Shown here in pieces: positions 1 through 9,217 of a DNA stretch of 64,000 bases. Under the pieces are notes generated by a model. That model was not told where the DNA came from and did not search any database. It worked only from the letters and a program-made list of their open reading frames with translations. Numbering within the stretch: the stretch's first letter is position 1; every line of letters begins with the position of its first letter. Both the position numbers and the translations under genes were made by a program. The stretch is from Candidatus Sumerlaeota bacterium (GTDB lineage Bacteria > Sumerlaeota > Sumerlaeia > JADFCW01), in NCBI GenBank assembly GCA_017161705.1, contig JADFCW010000002.1:4528-68527 (forward strand). The letters run 5' to 3'.

Positions 1-177
1 TTGCTGATGGCCGTAGCGCTGCGAATGTTTTTCAGCACGCCGCGCGTCGCGCCCCCGAGCGGCGGAGAGACAAAAACTCCGACAGCCCATTCCGCTGCCG
101 ATCCCATCCCAGCGGCTGGTGCGGAAACGGAAAGCACTGACCGGGCGAGCGCTGAGACCCAAAAGTAGAATTGCCCT
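1..177 (+). CDS. 3' end of an upstream ORF (partial), possibly the N-terminal half of the permease below
   Basis: Frame 1 is open from the window edge to TAG at 175-177. The translation ends in a hydrophobic LLMAVALRMFF segment followed by a polar tail. It lies 74 bp upstream of the permease-like ORF. Confidence 0.3.
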
Positions 178-250
178 TGAACGCATCATGACGCCGTCAA
201 ACGCACATTCCGCCGGCTCGGTCCCCGCCGGCCCTGCGAGGAAAGGCAAA

Positions 251-751
251 ATGGACATTTCCATTTTGATCTCGACGCTGATTTTTACTATTTTGACTGT
301 GCTTTGCATGTTAATCGCCTGGCGCCGCGCCGATGGAACATTGGGCGCCGGCCTGCAGGCGACCTGGCACATGTTCCGCGCCTCCTGGCTGCTCATTACC
401 GTGGCTTGGCTGTTTGCCGGTTATGTCGAAGTGCTGTTGCCGCGCGATTTTGTCGCTCAGTGGCTCGGACGCGAGGCCGGCTGGAAAGCCATCCTGTTGG
501 CCTGCGCAGCCGGCGCCGTCACGCCCGGCGGTCCCTATGTCGCCATGCCGATTGTCGCCGCGCTCTATCGCGCCGGCGTCGGCGAGGGCGCTCTGGTGGC
601 CTATCTCACCGCCTGGTCGCTCTATGCCTTCGGGCGTCTGCCGTTTGAAATCGGATTCATGGGCCTGCACCTGAGCATGATCCGGTTGGCTTCCGTGTGC
701 ATCTTTCCGCCACTGGCAGGGGTGATTGCAAAATTTCTGTTCGAACGTTAA
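251..751 (+). CDS. Predicted permease half-domain (YraQ/DUF318-like polytopic membrane protein)
   Basis: Hydrophobic multi-TM protein. The ATG at 251 is preceded by AGGAAAGG, whereas the track start at 119 has no RBS. The Gly/Pro-rich TM motifs (AVTPGGPYVAMPIVAAL) resemble the second half of two-repeat permeases. Confidence 0.55.
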   Translation: MDISILISTLIFTILTVLCMLIAWRRADGTLGAGLQATWHMFRASWLLITVAWLFAGYVEVLLPRDFVAQWLGREAGWKAILLACAAGAVTPGGPYVAMPIVAALYRAGVGEGALVAYLTAWSLYAFGRLPFEIGFMGLHLSMIRLASVCIFPPLAGVIAKFLFER

Positions 752-1030
752 CGCGGCAGCTAACGTGGCTTTTGGCCACAACCAAACAGATCTTCGCAAG
801 ATGGCCAGGTCTCAAGATGAAAGATTCGAAGGCGGCCGGAAAAGTCAGGGCAATCGTTTGTTTTGCAGGGAACGAATACTGCAAAAGCGGCAGCCATGCT
901 GCCGCTTTTGCCCGACAATTTTCGACGCACCAACCGTTGCCTGTGGCTACAACCCAACACGAGATGCGCAACAAAGACGCCTGCATTTTGGCCAGACCTT
1001 TAAACGAAAGAATCTAACGTGTGAACTCCA
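752..1030. repeat. Dispersed ~300 bp intergenic repeat element, copy 1 (shorter variant with a single hairpin)
   Basis: Shares conserved blocks with 8830-9135 and 22228-22530: AACGTGGCYTTYGGCYAYAACCAAA.AGAT, TCTCAAGAT.GAAA..GGCGGCCG.AAAA, GCGGCAGCCATGCTGCCGCTTTTGCCCGACAA and AACGAAAGAATCTAA. Confidence 0.7.
887..909. terminator. Bidirectional intrinsic-terminator-like hairpin (8 bp GC stem GCGGCAGC/GCTGCCGC, 3 nt loop, A-tract before and T-tract after)
   Basis: Palindrome CAAAAGCGGCAGCCATGCTGCCGCTTTTG read directly from the sequence, 136 bp after the stop of the permease-like gene. Confidence 0.5.
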
Positions 1031-1082
1031 TTCGCCACACGGATGTTCGAGAAACTAACGATAACATTTCAGGAGACCCGCC

Positions 1083-2954
1083 ATGACAAACGTGCGACTC
1101 GCAAGTCTTGCCACCATGCTTCCTTTCCTCGTCGCCGTCACGCTCACCGTTTCCGCGCCGCTGGCCCTCGCCGCCGACTGGCGCAATCTCAACAACGGCC
1201 TGCGTATTCCCAGTGAATCCGGCTACGCCGACCAGCCCTACATCGTGGTCACGCGCGACGGCAACTGGCTTTGCGTTCTGACCACCGGCAAAGGCCGCGA
1301 GGGACAGCCCGGCCAGCATGTGGTGTCCACCATCAGCACCGACAAAGGCCGCACATGGTCGCCGCTCGTGGACATCGAGCCAGCCGACGGCCCGGAGGCC
1401 TCGTGGGTCATCCCGCTGGTCATTCCAAGCGGCCGCGTCTATGCGTTCTACGACTACAATGGCGACAACGTTCACACGCTCGGCGCCAAGAAGAACATCC
1501 GCGCTGACATGCTTGGTTGGTATGTCTTCAAATACTCCGACGACAACGGCCGCACGTGGTCGAAAGAGCGCTATCGCCTGCCCGTCCGGGTCACCGCGTG
1601 CGACCGCGCCAACGACTGGCAGGGTGCCGTTCAAATTTTCTGGGGAATTGACAAGCCCAAGATCATCGGCGACTCGGTCTATTTTGCTTTCACCAAACTC
1701 GGCAAATACATCCTCGACAACGGCGAGGGCTGGCTGTTCCGCTCCGACAATATCCTCACCGAACGCGACCCCGCGAAGATTCGCTGGGAGATGCTGCCCC
1801 AAGGCGATCACGGCATTCGCGCGCCCGAGTTCGGCTCGGTGCAGGAGGAACACAACATGGTTCCGCTTTCCGGCGGTTCGCTCTATTGCGTTTATCGCAC
1901 CACAACGGGGCGCCCGTGCCACAGCTACAGCCGCGACGGCGGCCGCACCTGGAGCGTGCCCGAATATATGACCTACACGCCGGGCGGAAAGAAGATCAAG
2001 AATCCGCGGGCCTGTCCCAAACTTTGGCGCACCTCCAACGGCAAGTATCTTTTCTGGTTTCACAACAACGGCAGCCAGGGATTCAATCAGGGCGACGCGG
2101 CCGGCTCGCGAAATGTGGCGTGGCTCGCCGGCGGCATCGAAAAAGATGGCCTGATGTATTGGTCGCAGCCGGAGATCGTCCTGTATGCGCCCAACTATCT
2201 CCAAGGCCCCAGCTACCCCGATCTCATCGAGCAGGACGGCCGGTTCTGGATTTCCGAAACCCAGAAAACCGTCGCCCGCGTCCATGAAATTGACCGCTCG
2301 CTGATCGAGGGATTGTGGAGTCAGAGCGATAACCGCACGGTCGCAAAGGACGGCCTTGTGTTGGAGGCGAACGGCCGGGACCTACAATCGGGCAAGTTCA
2401 ATATGCCGCCGCTGCCGGACTTGGCCGCCGGCGGCGGCTTCACCGTCGAACTGAGCGCGGTCTTCCGCGATCTGTCGCCCGGCCAAGCCATTCTCGAAAG
2501 CCGCGGCAAGGACGGGAAAGGATTCTCGCTGGCCGCGGATACCTCCGAGACGGTGCGTTTCGAGTTCAGCGACGGAAAAACACGCGCGGCCTGGAACAGC
2601 GATCCAGGCCTGCTGGCGTCGCGTTCCCGCATGTTGCGCAATGCGTCGGCCCATCATGTCGTTGTCATCGTGGACGGCGGCCCGAAGGTTATTATGTTTG
2701 TCATTGACGGCGTTCTGTGCGACGGCGGCGACGATCCCAACCGCAAATACGGCTGGGGCCGCTTTCACCAGACTTTTTACACAAGCGCGCAAAGCGACGA
2801 AATCAAAAAGCAGGGCGAGGAAATCGGCATAGTCTCGGACGGGACGGCCGTTGCCGCAATCAATCCGCAGGCCGCCGACATCCAACTTCTTCGCATCTAC
2901 GCGCGCGCCTTGCGTGTCTCCGAAGCCGTAGCCAACAGTCGCGCGAACCGGTAA
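1083..2954 (+). CDS. Secreted BNR/Asp-box repeat glycoside hydrolase (sialidase-like) with C-terminal ConA/LamG-like domain
   Basis: Signal peptide, then three Asp-boxes (STDKGRTWS, SDDNGRTWS, SRDGGRTWS). A GGAG RBS sits upstream of the ATG. The C-terminal ~200 aa are jelly-roll-like. Confidence 0.8.
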   Translation: MTNVRLASLATMLPFLVAVTLTVSAPLALAADWRNLNNGLRIPSESGYADQPYIVVTRDGNWLCVLTTGKGREGQPGQHVVSTISTDKGRTWSPLVDIEPADGPEASWVIPLVIPSGRVYAFYDYNGDNVHTLGAKKNIRADMLGWYVFKYSDDNGRTWSKERYRLPVRVTACDRANDWQGAVQIFWGIDKPKIIGDSVYFAFTKLGKYILDNGEGWLFRSDNILTERDPAKIRWEMLPQGDHGIRAPEFGSVQEEHNMVPLSGGSLYCVYRTTTGRPCHSYSRDGGRTWSVPEYMTYTPGGKKIKNPRACPKLWRTSNGKYLFWFHNNGSQGFNQGDAAGSRNVAWLAGGIEKDGLMYWSQPEIVLYAPNYLQGPSYPDLIEQDGRFWISETQKTVARVHEIDRSLIEGLWSQSDNRTVAKDGLVLEANGRDLQSGKFNMPPLPDLAAGGGFTVELSAVFRDLSPGQAILESRGKDGKGFSLAADTSETVRFEFSDGKTRAAWNSDPGLLASRSRMLRNASAHHVVVIVDGGPKVIMFVIDGVLCDGGDDPNRKYGWGRFHQTFYTSAQSDEIKKQGEEIGIVSDGTAVAAINPQAADIQLLRIYARALRVSEAVANSRANR

Positions 2955-3235
2955 GCTGCAGCGCTCTGAGGGAGGGTGGGAAGTCAGGAGCGAAGGGCGT
3001 GGCGCTCGAACTAAACGAGGTACTTTTTCATCTGCTTAAATAGGCATTGAAGTCCAACATCTGCGGCAAGGCTTTGGCTGGCCAGACGTCGCTGCCCAGA
3101 TTCGCATGGTTGCCCTGGAGCGAGACAAAGCGGGTTGCCCTTGCAGCACTTTGGGCAAGGGCAATCAGCACGGCCAGGATCGTCCTCCGTAGACAGCGAC
3201 GGACCCGCCGCACCGTAAGCCTCTTTTTCTTTCTA

Positions 3236-4405
3236 CTAAAACTTCTGGTTTTCATCCGGACCGGGTGTAGCGTAAGCGGGATCCTTGGCCCGGATATACA
3301 CATCGCCGTCGCCAAGAGTCTTCACATCGAGCGGCACAATGGTCGTGCCGCGCGGATTGATCGTTTGCGCATTGTCGCGCAAGTCGCGGCGTTCGATGCC
3401 CTCCCGCGGAAGCGGCGGGACATTGGCGTTGAAGAAGGCCGTGCACCACCACTTGCCGTCGCGGGTCTGGAACGGTGTACCGTGGCCCAGAAAGCGGCCG
3501 ACAAAGCGTCGCGGCCCATAGGGGCCTGTGATGCGGTCGGCCGTGCAATAGTAAAGATTATACGAGCCCTTGCGAAGCCGGTCGGTGGACCACGCCGTGC
3601 CAAAGTGAACGTATTTGCCGCCGATCTTCCGCATCGTTGCGCCCTCATGGCCGATTTGCGAAATCGGCTTGCCGTCGGGGCCCGGACGGGAGCCGGCAGG
3701 ATCAATGCGGACCGGCTCCGCCGTGAACTGCGTGAAATCTGCGCCGAGCGGAGCAACAAAAGTATTGCCCCAGAGCATATACCATGTGTTGCCATCCTTG
3801 AAAAGCGACGGGTCGTGCTTGCGGCCGAGCCTGTCGCCGAGAGGATGAGTCCACGGTCCTTTCAATTCTTGGCCGGTGGTCAGGGCGAAGTTGGCCTTGT
3901 CGGCCGGGCAGTGCACGAGCGCCCAGCGGTTGCCCAGCCAGTGAAGTTCCGGTGCCCAGACCAGACTACCCGGCTCCTTATGCCAGCTGTCCTCGAGGGT
4001 GAACGGCGTGCCGAGGTAGTCCCAGGCGACAAGGTCCTTGCTGCGCCAGACTTGGACGGCGGAACCCACAATGGAGTCCTTGCCCAGGCCGATATTGTAG
4101 GGATCGGTTTTCTCGCGTGCATCGTTCGGATTCGGCGTGGTGCCGGTCAAATAGTAGAAATCGTCGGGACCGAGGATAATATACGGATCGCGAATCCAGC
4201 CTTGCTTGATATAGAGCGCGCGGTCATGGGACTTTAACCCTGCCTCAATTTCAGCACGCGGCATGGCGGGTGCAACGCCGGGCGGCAATCGGGGACCTGA
4301 GGCCTTTGCCCCGCGTGCCTCTTCAGCGAACGAGTAAAACCAGCCGGCCGTGGCCACTTCCAAGGTTGCCAGGGCGGACACCAGAAAAAAGCGACGTCGT
4401 TTCAT
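3236..4405 (-). CDS. Glycoside hydrolase family 43 (beta-xylosidase/arabinofuranosidase-like), secreted
   Basis: Start trimmed to MKRRRFFLVSALA (signal peptide) with an AGGGAG RBS. The mature N-terminus DPYIILGPDDFYYLTGT is the typical GH43 opening. Confidence 0.8.
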   Translation of the reverse strand: MKRRRFFLVSALATLEVATAGWFYSFAEEARGAKASGPRLPPGVAPAMPRAEIEAGLKSHDRALYIKQGWIRDPYIILGPDDFYYLTGTTPNPNDAREKTDPYNIGLGKDSIVGSAVQVWRSKDLVAWDYLGTPFTLEDSWHKEPGSLVWAPELHWLGNRWALVHCPADKANFALTTGQELKGPWTHPLGDRLGRKHDPSLFKDGNTWYMLWGNTFVAPLGADFTQFTAEPVRIDPAGSRPGPDGKPISQIGHEGATMRKIGGKYVHFGTAWSTDRLRKGSYNLYYCTADRITGPYGPRRFVGRFLGHGTPFQTRDGKWWCTAFFNANVPPLPREGIERRDLRDNAQTINPRGTTIVPLDVKTLGDGDVYIRAKDPAYATPGPDENQKF

Positions 4406-4752
4406 CCACGAAAACTCCCTTTCGCCGCAATGCTGTCTTCGGGCAGCTGTCAGGCAGGAAACACCCTCGATAACCTTGCCGTGCCCGGTTGCGCCACGCT
4501 GCGCAACCTGATACCGTTTGCCGCGCCGCTGCAAGGGAAATATAGCGACGCCTGGAAAAACCTATGGGAAAGATCGAGGGATTTATCCCGCAAAACTGTT
4601 ATCGGACTTGAACAGCCGAGCCCAAGCCAGTAGAAGATCGCTCGTGTTCTGCGCAACGGGCGCAGGTTCATTCTTTTGCCTGAATGGACACATTCGATCC
4701 AAACGCAACCTATCCGGACGGATGAAAACGGAAAAAACGAGAGGTAGAGTCT

Positions 4753-6267
4753 GTGAAGGCACAGCCGAAGATCGGCATTTTGATTGTGGCCTACAATGCC
4801 GAGTCCACGATTTTCAAAGTGCTCAGCCGAATTCGGCCGGCGACGTGGGAGCGGATCGCCGAGGTGTTCATCTTTGACGACTCCAGCGGCGACAAGACAT
4901 GCGACGAGGCCGAAAAATACCGCAGCGAGCCCTATGGAAACAAAATCAAAATCTTCCGCAACCAGGTCAATCTCGGCTACGGCGGCAATCAAAAACGCGG
5001 CTATCTCTATGCCATCGAGCAGGGATTCGACATTGTCGTGCTTCTGCACGGCGACGGCCAATACGCGCCCGAATACCTCGACCATCTCATTGACCCGCTG
5101 GCGGCCGGCGAGTGCGAGGCGGTTTTCGGCTCGCGCATGATGATTCGCGGCGCCGCCCGACGCGGCGGCATGCCCTTCTACAAATGGCTCGGCAACCGAA
5201 TCCTGACCGTCTTTCAGAACACGGCTCTGGGCGCCCGGATGACCGAGTATCATTCCGGCTATCGGGCCTATCATGTGCCCAGCCTCGCCAAGATTCCCTT
5301 TCTGAAGAACTCCAATGACTTTCATTTCGACAACGAGATCATCATCCAGTTTCTCGAAGCCGGCTATCGCATCAAAGAGGTTCCCATTCCCACTTACTAC
5401 GGCGACGAAATTTGCTATGTGAACGGCTTAAAGTATGCCTGGAATATCTTCCGAACCACGATTCGCTACCGTTTGCACAAGGCAGGGCTGTTTTGCTACT
5501 GCGAGCAATTTGATCTGGGAACTGGCAGCAAATACACCTTTAAGGAGAACCGGTTTTCCAGCCACAACCAGATCCTGGATGCGATTCGCCGCTCGACTGG
5601 CGAGGGCGAACTCGAAGCGCTCGATATCGGCTGCGGCGCAGGGTTCCTGGCCGCACGGATTGCGAACCTCGGCTATCGGGTCACCGGCGCGGACCTCTAT
5701 GAGAGCGAGGAAGCCCGAAAGAATTGTTGCGAGTTTTTTGTGTGCGACATCGAAAAGGAACTCGGGCGGATCGGGCCGCGGCAATTCGATGTGGCGGTCC
5801 TGGCCGACATCCTCGAACATCTTCGCAATCCGGAGGAAGTTTTGCTGCAAGTGCGGACTATGCTCAAACCGCGCGGGCGCGTGGTCGCATCCACGGCCAA
5901 CATTGCCCATTGGTCGGTGCGGCTGGGGCTTCTGTTCGGAAAGTTTGTCTATACGGAGCGCGGGATTTTGGACAAGACACATGTGCGGCTGTTCACGCGC
6001 CAGACGTTCCGCCGGCTCTTTCGCGAAGCGGGATTTCGGGTTCTGCGCACGCGCGGCTGCCCGATCCCGTTCGAATTAGTGTTTCCCCGCTGGCCGCGGC
6101 TGGCCGACTTGCTTTGCCAATTAAATATGTTGCTGGTTTATGTCTGGCCGTCGCTGTTTGCCTATCAGATCCTTATCGAAGCTGAGCCCGACGAACGCTC
6201 GCCCAGCTGGCTGTTGCGCCAGAGGCAGATTCAGTCGCCCTATCGCGAGTGGGACCGGGCGGGGTAA
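4753..6267 (+). CDS. Bifunctional glycosyltransferase family 2 / class I SAM-dependent methyltransferase fusion
   Basis: GTG start with a GAGAGG RBS. The N-terminus is a GT2 fold (ILIVAYNAE..DDSSGD..). The C-terminus carries a methyltransferase glycine loop (LDIGCGAGFLA) and an acidic motif (VLADILEH). Confidence 0.75.
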   Translation: MKAQPKIGILIVAYNAESTIFKVLSRIRPATWERIAEVFIFDDSSGDKTCDEAEKYRSEPYGNKIKIFRNQVNLGYGGNQKRGYLYAIEQGFDIVVLLHGDGQYAPEYLDHLIDPLAAGECEAVFGSRMMIRGAARRGGMPFYKWLGNRILTVFQNTALGARMTEYHSGYRAYHVPSLAKIPFLKNSNDFHFDNEIIIQFLEAGYRIKEVPIPTYYGDEICYVNGLKYAWNIFRTTIRYRLHKAGLFCYCEQFDLGTGSKYTFKENRFSSHNQILDAIRRSTGEGELEALDIGCGAGFLAARIANLGYRVTGADLYESEEARKNCCEFFVCDIEKELGRIGPRQFDVAVLADILEHLRNPEEVLLQVRTMLKPRGRVVASTANIAHWSVRLGLLFGKFVYTERGILDKTHVRLFTRQTFRRLFREAGFRVLRTRGCPIPFELVFPRWPRLADLLCQLNMLLVYVWPSLFAYQILIEAEPDERSPSWLLRQRQIQSPYREWDRAG

Positions 6268-6286
6268 AAAATCTACGCGTTCGCTT

Positions 6287-8608
6287 TCACGGCGCAAACG
6301 GCCTGTCGCCGCGCGAGGCCGCCTTCGGGTCCAGTTGGATCGTTCCCGGTTTCCACTCGCGCGCCAGCGCAATATCCTGCTCGACTTTCGCCGTCAACGC
6401 CGCGCGGTCCACAAAACCGACGCGATTGAGCAGTTGCGGTTTGTATTGCGCGTTGGCAATCGCCGCGTAGCGTTTCCAGTGCTCGAGGGCCGCTTCGAGA
6501 TGCTTGACCGCGGAATCGCGCCGGTCGGTCTTTCCCGTGGCATCAAAAAGAGCCAGGTCGGCGGCGCCGAGAATCTTCTCGCTGTAGTAAAGCCCGATGT
6601 GGGCGAACGCCTCGATGTCGCCGAGCGTCAGGCGCAGTTCCTTGTTCCCGCCCTGCAGCGGCCTGAGCCGGGCCGCGCCGGCCAGAGCCTCTTCGGCCAG
6701 CGCCCGCAGCCGGCCGGCCACTTCGATCGGCGTCATGCCGTCCATAGGCCGCTGCGCCAGAACCCGCTCTCGCCATTGCCGGATGTTCAATATGCCGCTT
6801 TCGGGCATCGTATCGCCCTCGATGAAGTGGCGCACGGTATAAAAGCCCTTGTGCCGCGGATGGCTGAGGCACGCCTCGGGCATCCAGCGAATGTCAATAT
6901 CGCCCCAAAAGAAGCGCGTGATCTGGGGGAAGATTTTCGAGGCCGCCGCCCAGGTCTTCATCAATTGATCGGCCGGCACCTCGGGAAACCGCACGGCAAT
7001 CGTTCGCTCGAACAATGCATCGGGAAGCGTCGGATCATAGCTCAGCCGTCCCCACAGCATGAAACTATACCACTGCTTCTGCATGACCAGTTGGCGCGGC
7101 GTTTCGGGCTCGCGGTCTATAAACTCGCGGCCCCAACAGTAACCGTCGGGACCCATGTAGAAACCGGCCATCTTGTCAGGGCCGGGCATGGCGCGGATGA
7201 AGCCGCGGGCAAATTCTGGGTCGCCCCAACGGAAACTGTAGATATCGTCGTTGCGCACGGTCAGCCACGTCCGTTTATCCGGCGGCAGTTCGGGCAGCAG
7301 CGATTTGATGAACGGCGGATTAGTGACGGAATACATGTGCGCGATGGCGTATTTGAAGCTGAAGTCGAACGGTCCGGGATAATCCTTCCATTCGCGCAGG
7401 ATTTCGCTTTGGCCCGTCTGATGATAGCGGTGAATCAGGCGGAATGGCCGGCCGGGTTGAAGCGCCAGAGCGTCGCGGATCCCCTCGCCGTAAGTCTTCC
7501 AAAGCCATTTTTCTTTGGAAAACTCGTCTTTGCGGTTTTGCATTCGCTCCCCGGCCGTAATGCCGATGCCGGCGAGGAGCGGATACGTGAGAACGGTCTC
7601 GCGTACGCTTTTGCGGAAGTAGTCAATCGTAATCGGATTGTCCTGCTCCCCTGTAATGCCGTGCTTGCCTTCGGCGCCCCAGACAAACATGTTCCACGTG
7701 AACCAATACACCTCGATGCCGCGGTCGCGGGCGCGCTGCATAACCTCGCGCCAGAAGCGAATTTTCTCGCCGATTGTCATCCGCTTGACAATTTCGACGT
7801 CCTTGAGCATGGCCGGCCGAACCATGTCGCTCCCGCTCCCGGAAAACGTATCGTCCAGAGGCGCGCGGGTCCGCCAGACATCGTCGAGCGCCACCTCGGG
7901 ATACTCAGGGACTTTGACCAGCGACGGGAACGGATGCAGATTCCAGAGCGTGAGCACATTATAGCGGTGGCGCGCCATTTCATCGAGAAACTCGCGCCAG
8001 AAATCCATGCTCCACATCTCCGGGATATTCGCCTGAAACGAATCGCTGCAGTCGGAGTAACTGGGCGTTCGCAGATCGAGCGGGATGTTGAACTTGATGC
8101 CGCGCCGCGCAATATAGGGCGTGTGGTCGCCGTCTTTCAGGTCGCTCAACGTCCCCAAGCGGATCGCTTCGGCCAGATCGAGCGCGCCATACATGGCGCC
8201 GACAGGGTCGGCGGCAAACACAATATAGACGGGCGCCGGGCCGCCCGTTTTTCGCAAGGAGTAGGCCTGAGCGGATTCGAAAGATGGAGTGGAAGGTATG
8301 GACAGAGCTGCGGGGAGCGGGACGGCCAGACGCTGCGCGGCGCGCTGGCACTGGCCGGAGCCGGCGGCGAGAACAAAGCACGCGCCAGCCCCGCCCGCTT
8401 TGTCGAGGTCGGCCAGATCGCGCTCGACCAGCGAGAGGTTTTGCGCCGCCAGCGCGCGCCGGATCTCCGAGGCTGCAAACTGCAAGGGCGGCATTGTTGA
8501 ATCGCAAAACAGAATCGCGTTCGAGTCTTTGACCGAAGGCGCGCTTTGGGCAAGTTCGGCAGACACTGCCAGAGCAAGCGCCATCGCAACAGGGAAAAAG
8601 CATTTCAT
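6287..8608 (-). CDS. Secreted putative glycoside hydrolase, TIM-barrel-like, family not assigned
   Basis: Start trimmed to MKCFFPVAMALALAVSA (signal peptide). Large 773 aa protein with a hydrolase-like core (NVLTLWNLHPF, YWFTWNMFVWG). The upstream 60 codons of the track ORF lack a signal peptide and an RBS. Confidence 0.6.
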   Translation of the reverse strand: MKCFFPVAMALALAVSAELAQSAPSVKDSNAILFCDSTMPPLQFAASEIRRALAAQNLSLVERDLADLDKAGGAGACFVLAAGSGQCQRAAQRLAVPLPAALSIPSTPSFESAQAYSLRKTGGPAPVYIVFAADPVGAMYGALDLAEAIRLGTLSDLKDGDHTPYIARRGIKFNIPLDLRTPSYSDCSDSFQANIPEMWSMDFWREFLDEMARHRYNVLTLWNLHPFPSLVKVPEYPEVALDDVWRTRAPLDDTFSGSGSDMVRPAMLKDVEIVKRMTIGEKIRFWREVMQRARDRGIEVYWFTWNMFVWGAEGKHGITGEQDNPITIDYFRKSVRETVLTYPLLAGIGITAGERMQNRKDEFSKEKWLWKTYGEGIRDALALQPGRPFRLIHRYHQTGQSEILREWKDYPGPFDFSFKYAIAHMYSVTNPPFIKSLLPELPPDKRTWLTVRNDDIYSFRWGDPEFARGFIRAMPGPDKMAGFYMGPDGYCWGREFIDREPETPRQLVMQKQWYSFMLWGRLSYDPTLPDALFERTIAVRFPEVPADQLMKTWAAASKIFPQITRFFWGDIDIRWMPEACLSHPRHKGFYTVRHFIEGDTMPESGILNIRQWRERVLAQRPMDGMTPIEVAGRLRALAEEALAGAARLRPLQGGNKELRLTLGDIEAFAHIGLYYSEKILGAADLALFDATGKTDRRDSAVKHLEAALEHWKRYAAIANAQYKPQLLNRVGFVDRAALTAKVEQDIALAREWKPGTIQLDPKAASRGDRPFAP

Positions 8609-8967
8609 GGGAGAAACCTTTCTGGGTGTAGTATTGGACAAACGTCCGAGCTGTTGCCGTTTCCCGTCTTTACGTTTTTCTTTCCACAGCCGGTAGGATG
8701 CTAAAGTTTGCCAATGACAGGCAGTCAAGCAAGAAATCGCTGTGCAACTCTCCGCAGGCGATGCACTGTTCTGATTCCTGCCTCCCATATCGTTATTGCA
8801 ATTTACCGAGCGTCTGACCTATCCTTGTTCTTGGATAGATCCTCCTAACGTGGCCTTCGGCTATAACCAAAAAGATTTTCGCCAGAGAGCTAGATCTCAA
8901 GATTGAAAAAGGGCGGCCGTAAAAACCAGGCCGATAGGTTGTCATGCGATGAAGCGTTACAGAAAAA

Positions 8968-8986
8968 GCGGCAGCAGGGCTGCCGC
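8968..8986 (-). terminator. Terminator-like hairpin 1 of repeat copy 2 (GCGGCAGC-AGG-GCTGCCGC), T-tract on the minus strand
   Basis: Perfect 8 bp GC stem preceded by AAAAA on the plus strand, which reads TTTTT after the hairpin on the minus strand. Confidence 0.45.
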
Positions 8987-9039
8987 TCTCCAAAGATTTT
9001 GCTCTGATCCGGCAAAGCAGAATGCTTTTGCTTTGGACT

Positions 9040-9062
9040 GCGGCAGCCATGCCGCCGCTTTT
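9040..9062 (+). terminator. Terminator-like hairpin 2 of repeat copy 2 followed by TTTTGCCCGACAA
   Basis: GCGGCAGC-CAT-GCCGCCGC stem with one mismatch, followed by TTTT. Confidence 0.45.
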
Positions 9063-9217
9063 GCCCGACAAGCTTCGACGCACCCAACGTAGCCCGGAGA
9101 TCTAACCCGACACTTGGGATGTTCTAGAAAGATGCACACAGTTGGGCTCGATCTTTTGCCAAAAAAGTATATACGCAATTGCCTTTCCATTCAAGTCAAA
9201 ACCAAGGAGGCCCTTCC

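Larger units (their letters stand above)
8830..9135. repeat. Dispersed ~300 bp intergenic repeat element, copy 2 (two hairpins)
   Basis: About 80-85% identical by eye to the copy at 22228-22530 and partially to 752-1030. Lies between divergent genes (GH start 8608, isomerase start 9218). Confidence 0.7.

Noticed and set aside
119-250. Upstream extension of the permease ORF (track start at 119)
   Set aside because: No RBS and an Arg/Lys-rich non-membrane N-terminus. The ATG at 251 has an AGGAAAGG RBS and starts directly at the first TM helix.
1014-2285. 423 aa minus-strand ORF
   Set aside because: Antisense to the sialidase-like gene, which has clear Asp-box motifs. Low-complexity composition.
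6140-8500. 786 aa ORF on the plus strand
   Set aside because: It lies entirely antisense to the secreted hydrolase gene. Its Arg/Gly/Ala/Pro-rich composition is typical of high-GC antisense frames. It has no RBS or signal features.
8793-9083. Short ORFs inside the repeat elements sharing an N-terminus MRR(S/N)LSGKSG(G/S)(M/T)AAA (also at 22248-22445 and 760-960)
   Set aside because: The conservation follows the DNA palindrome and hairpins, since the same frames are conserved on both strands. Substitutions are not biased to synonymous sites. The frames diverge after about 40 codons through indels. No RBS. Treated as a non-coding repeat.
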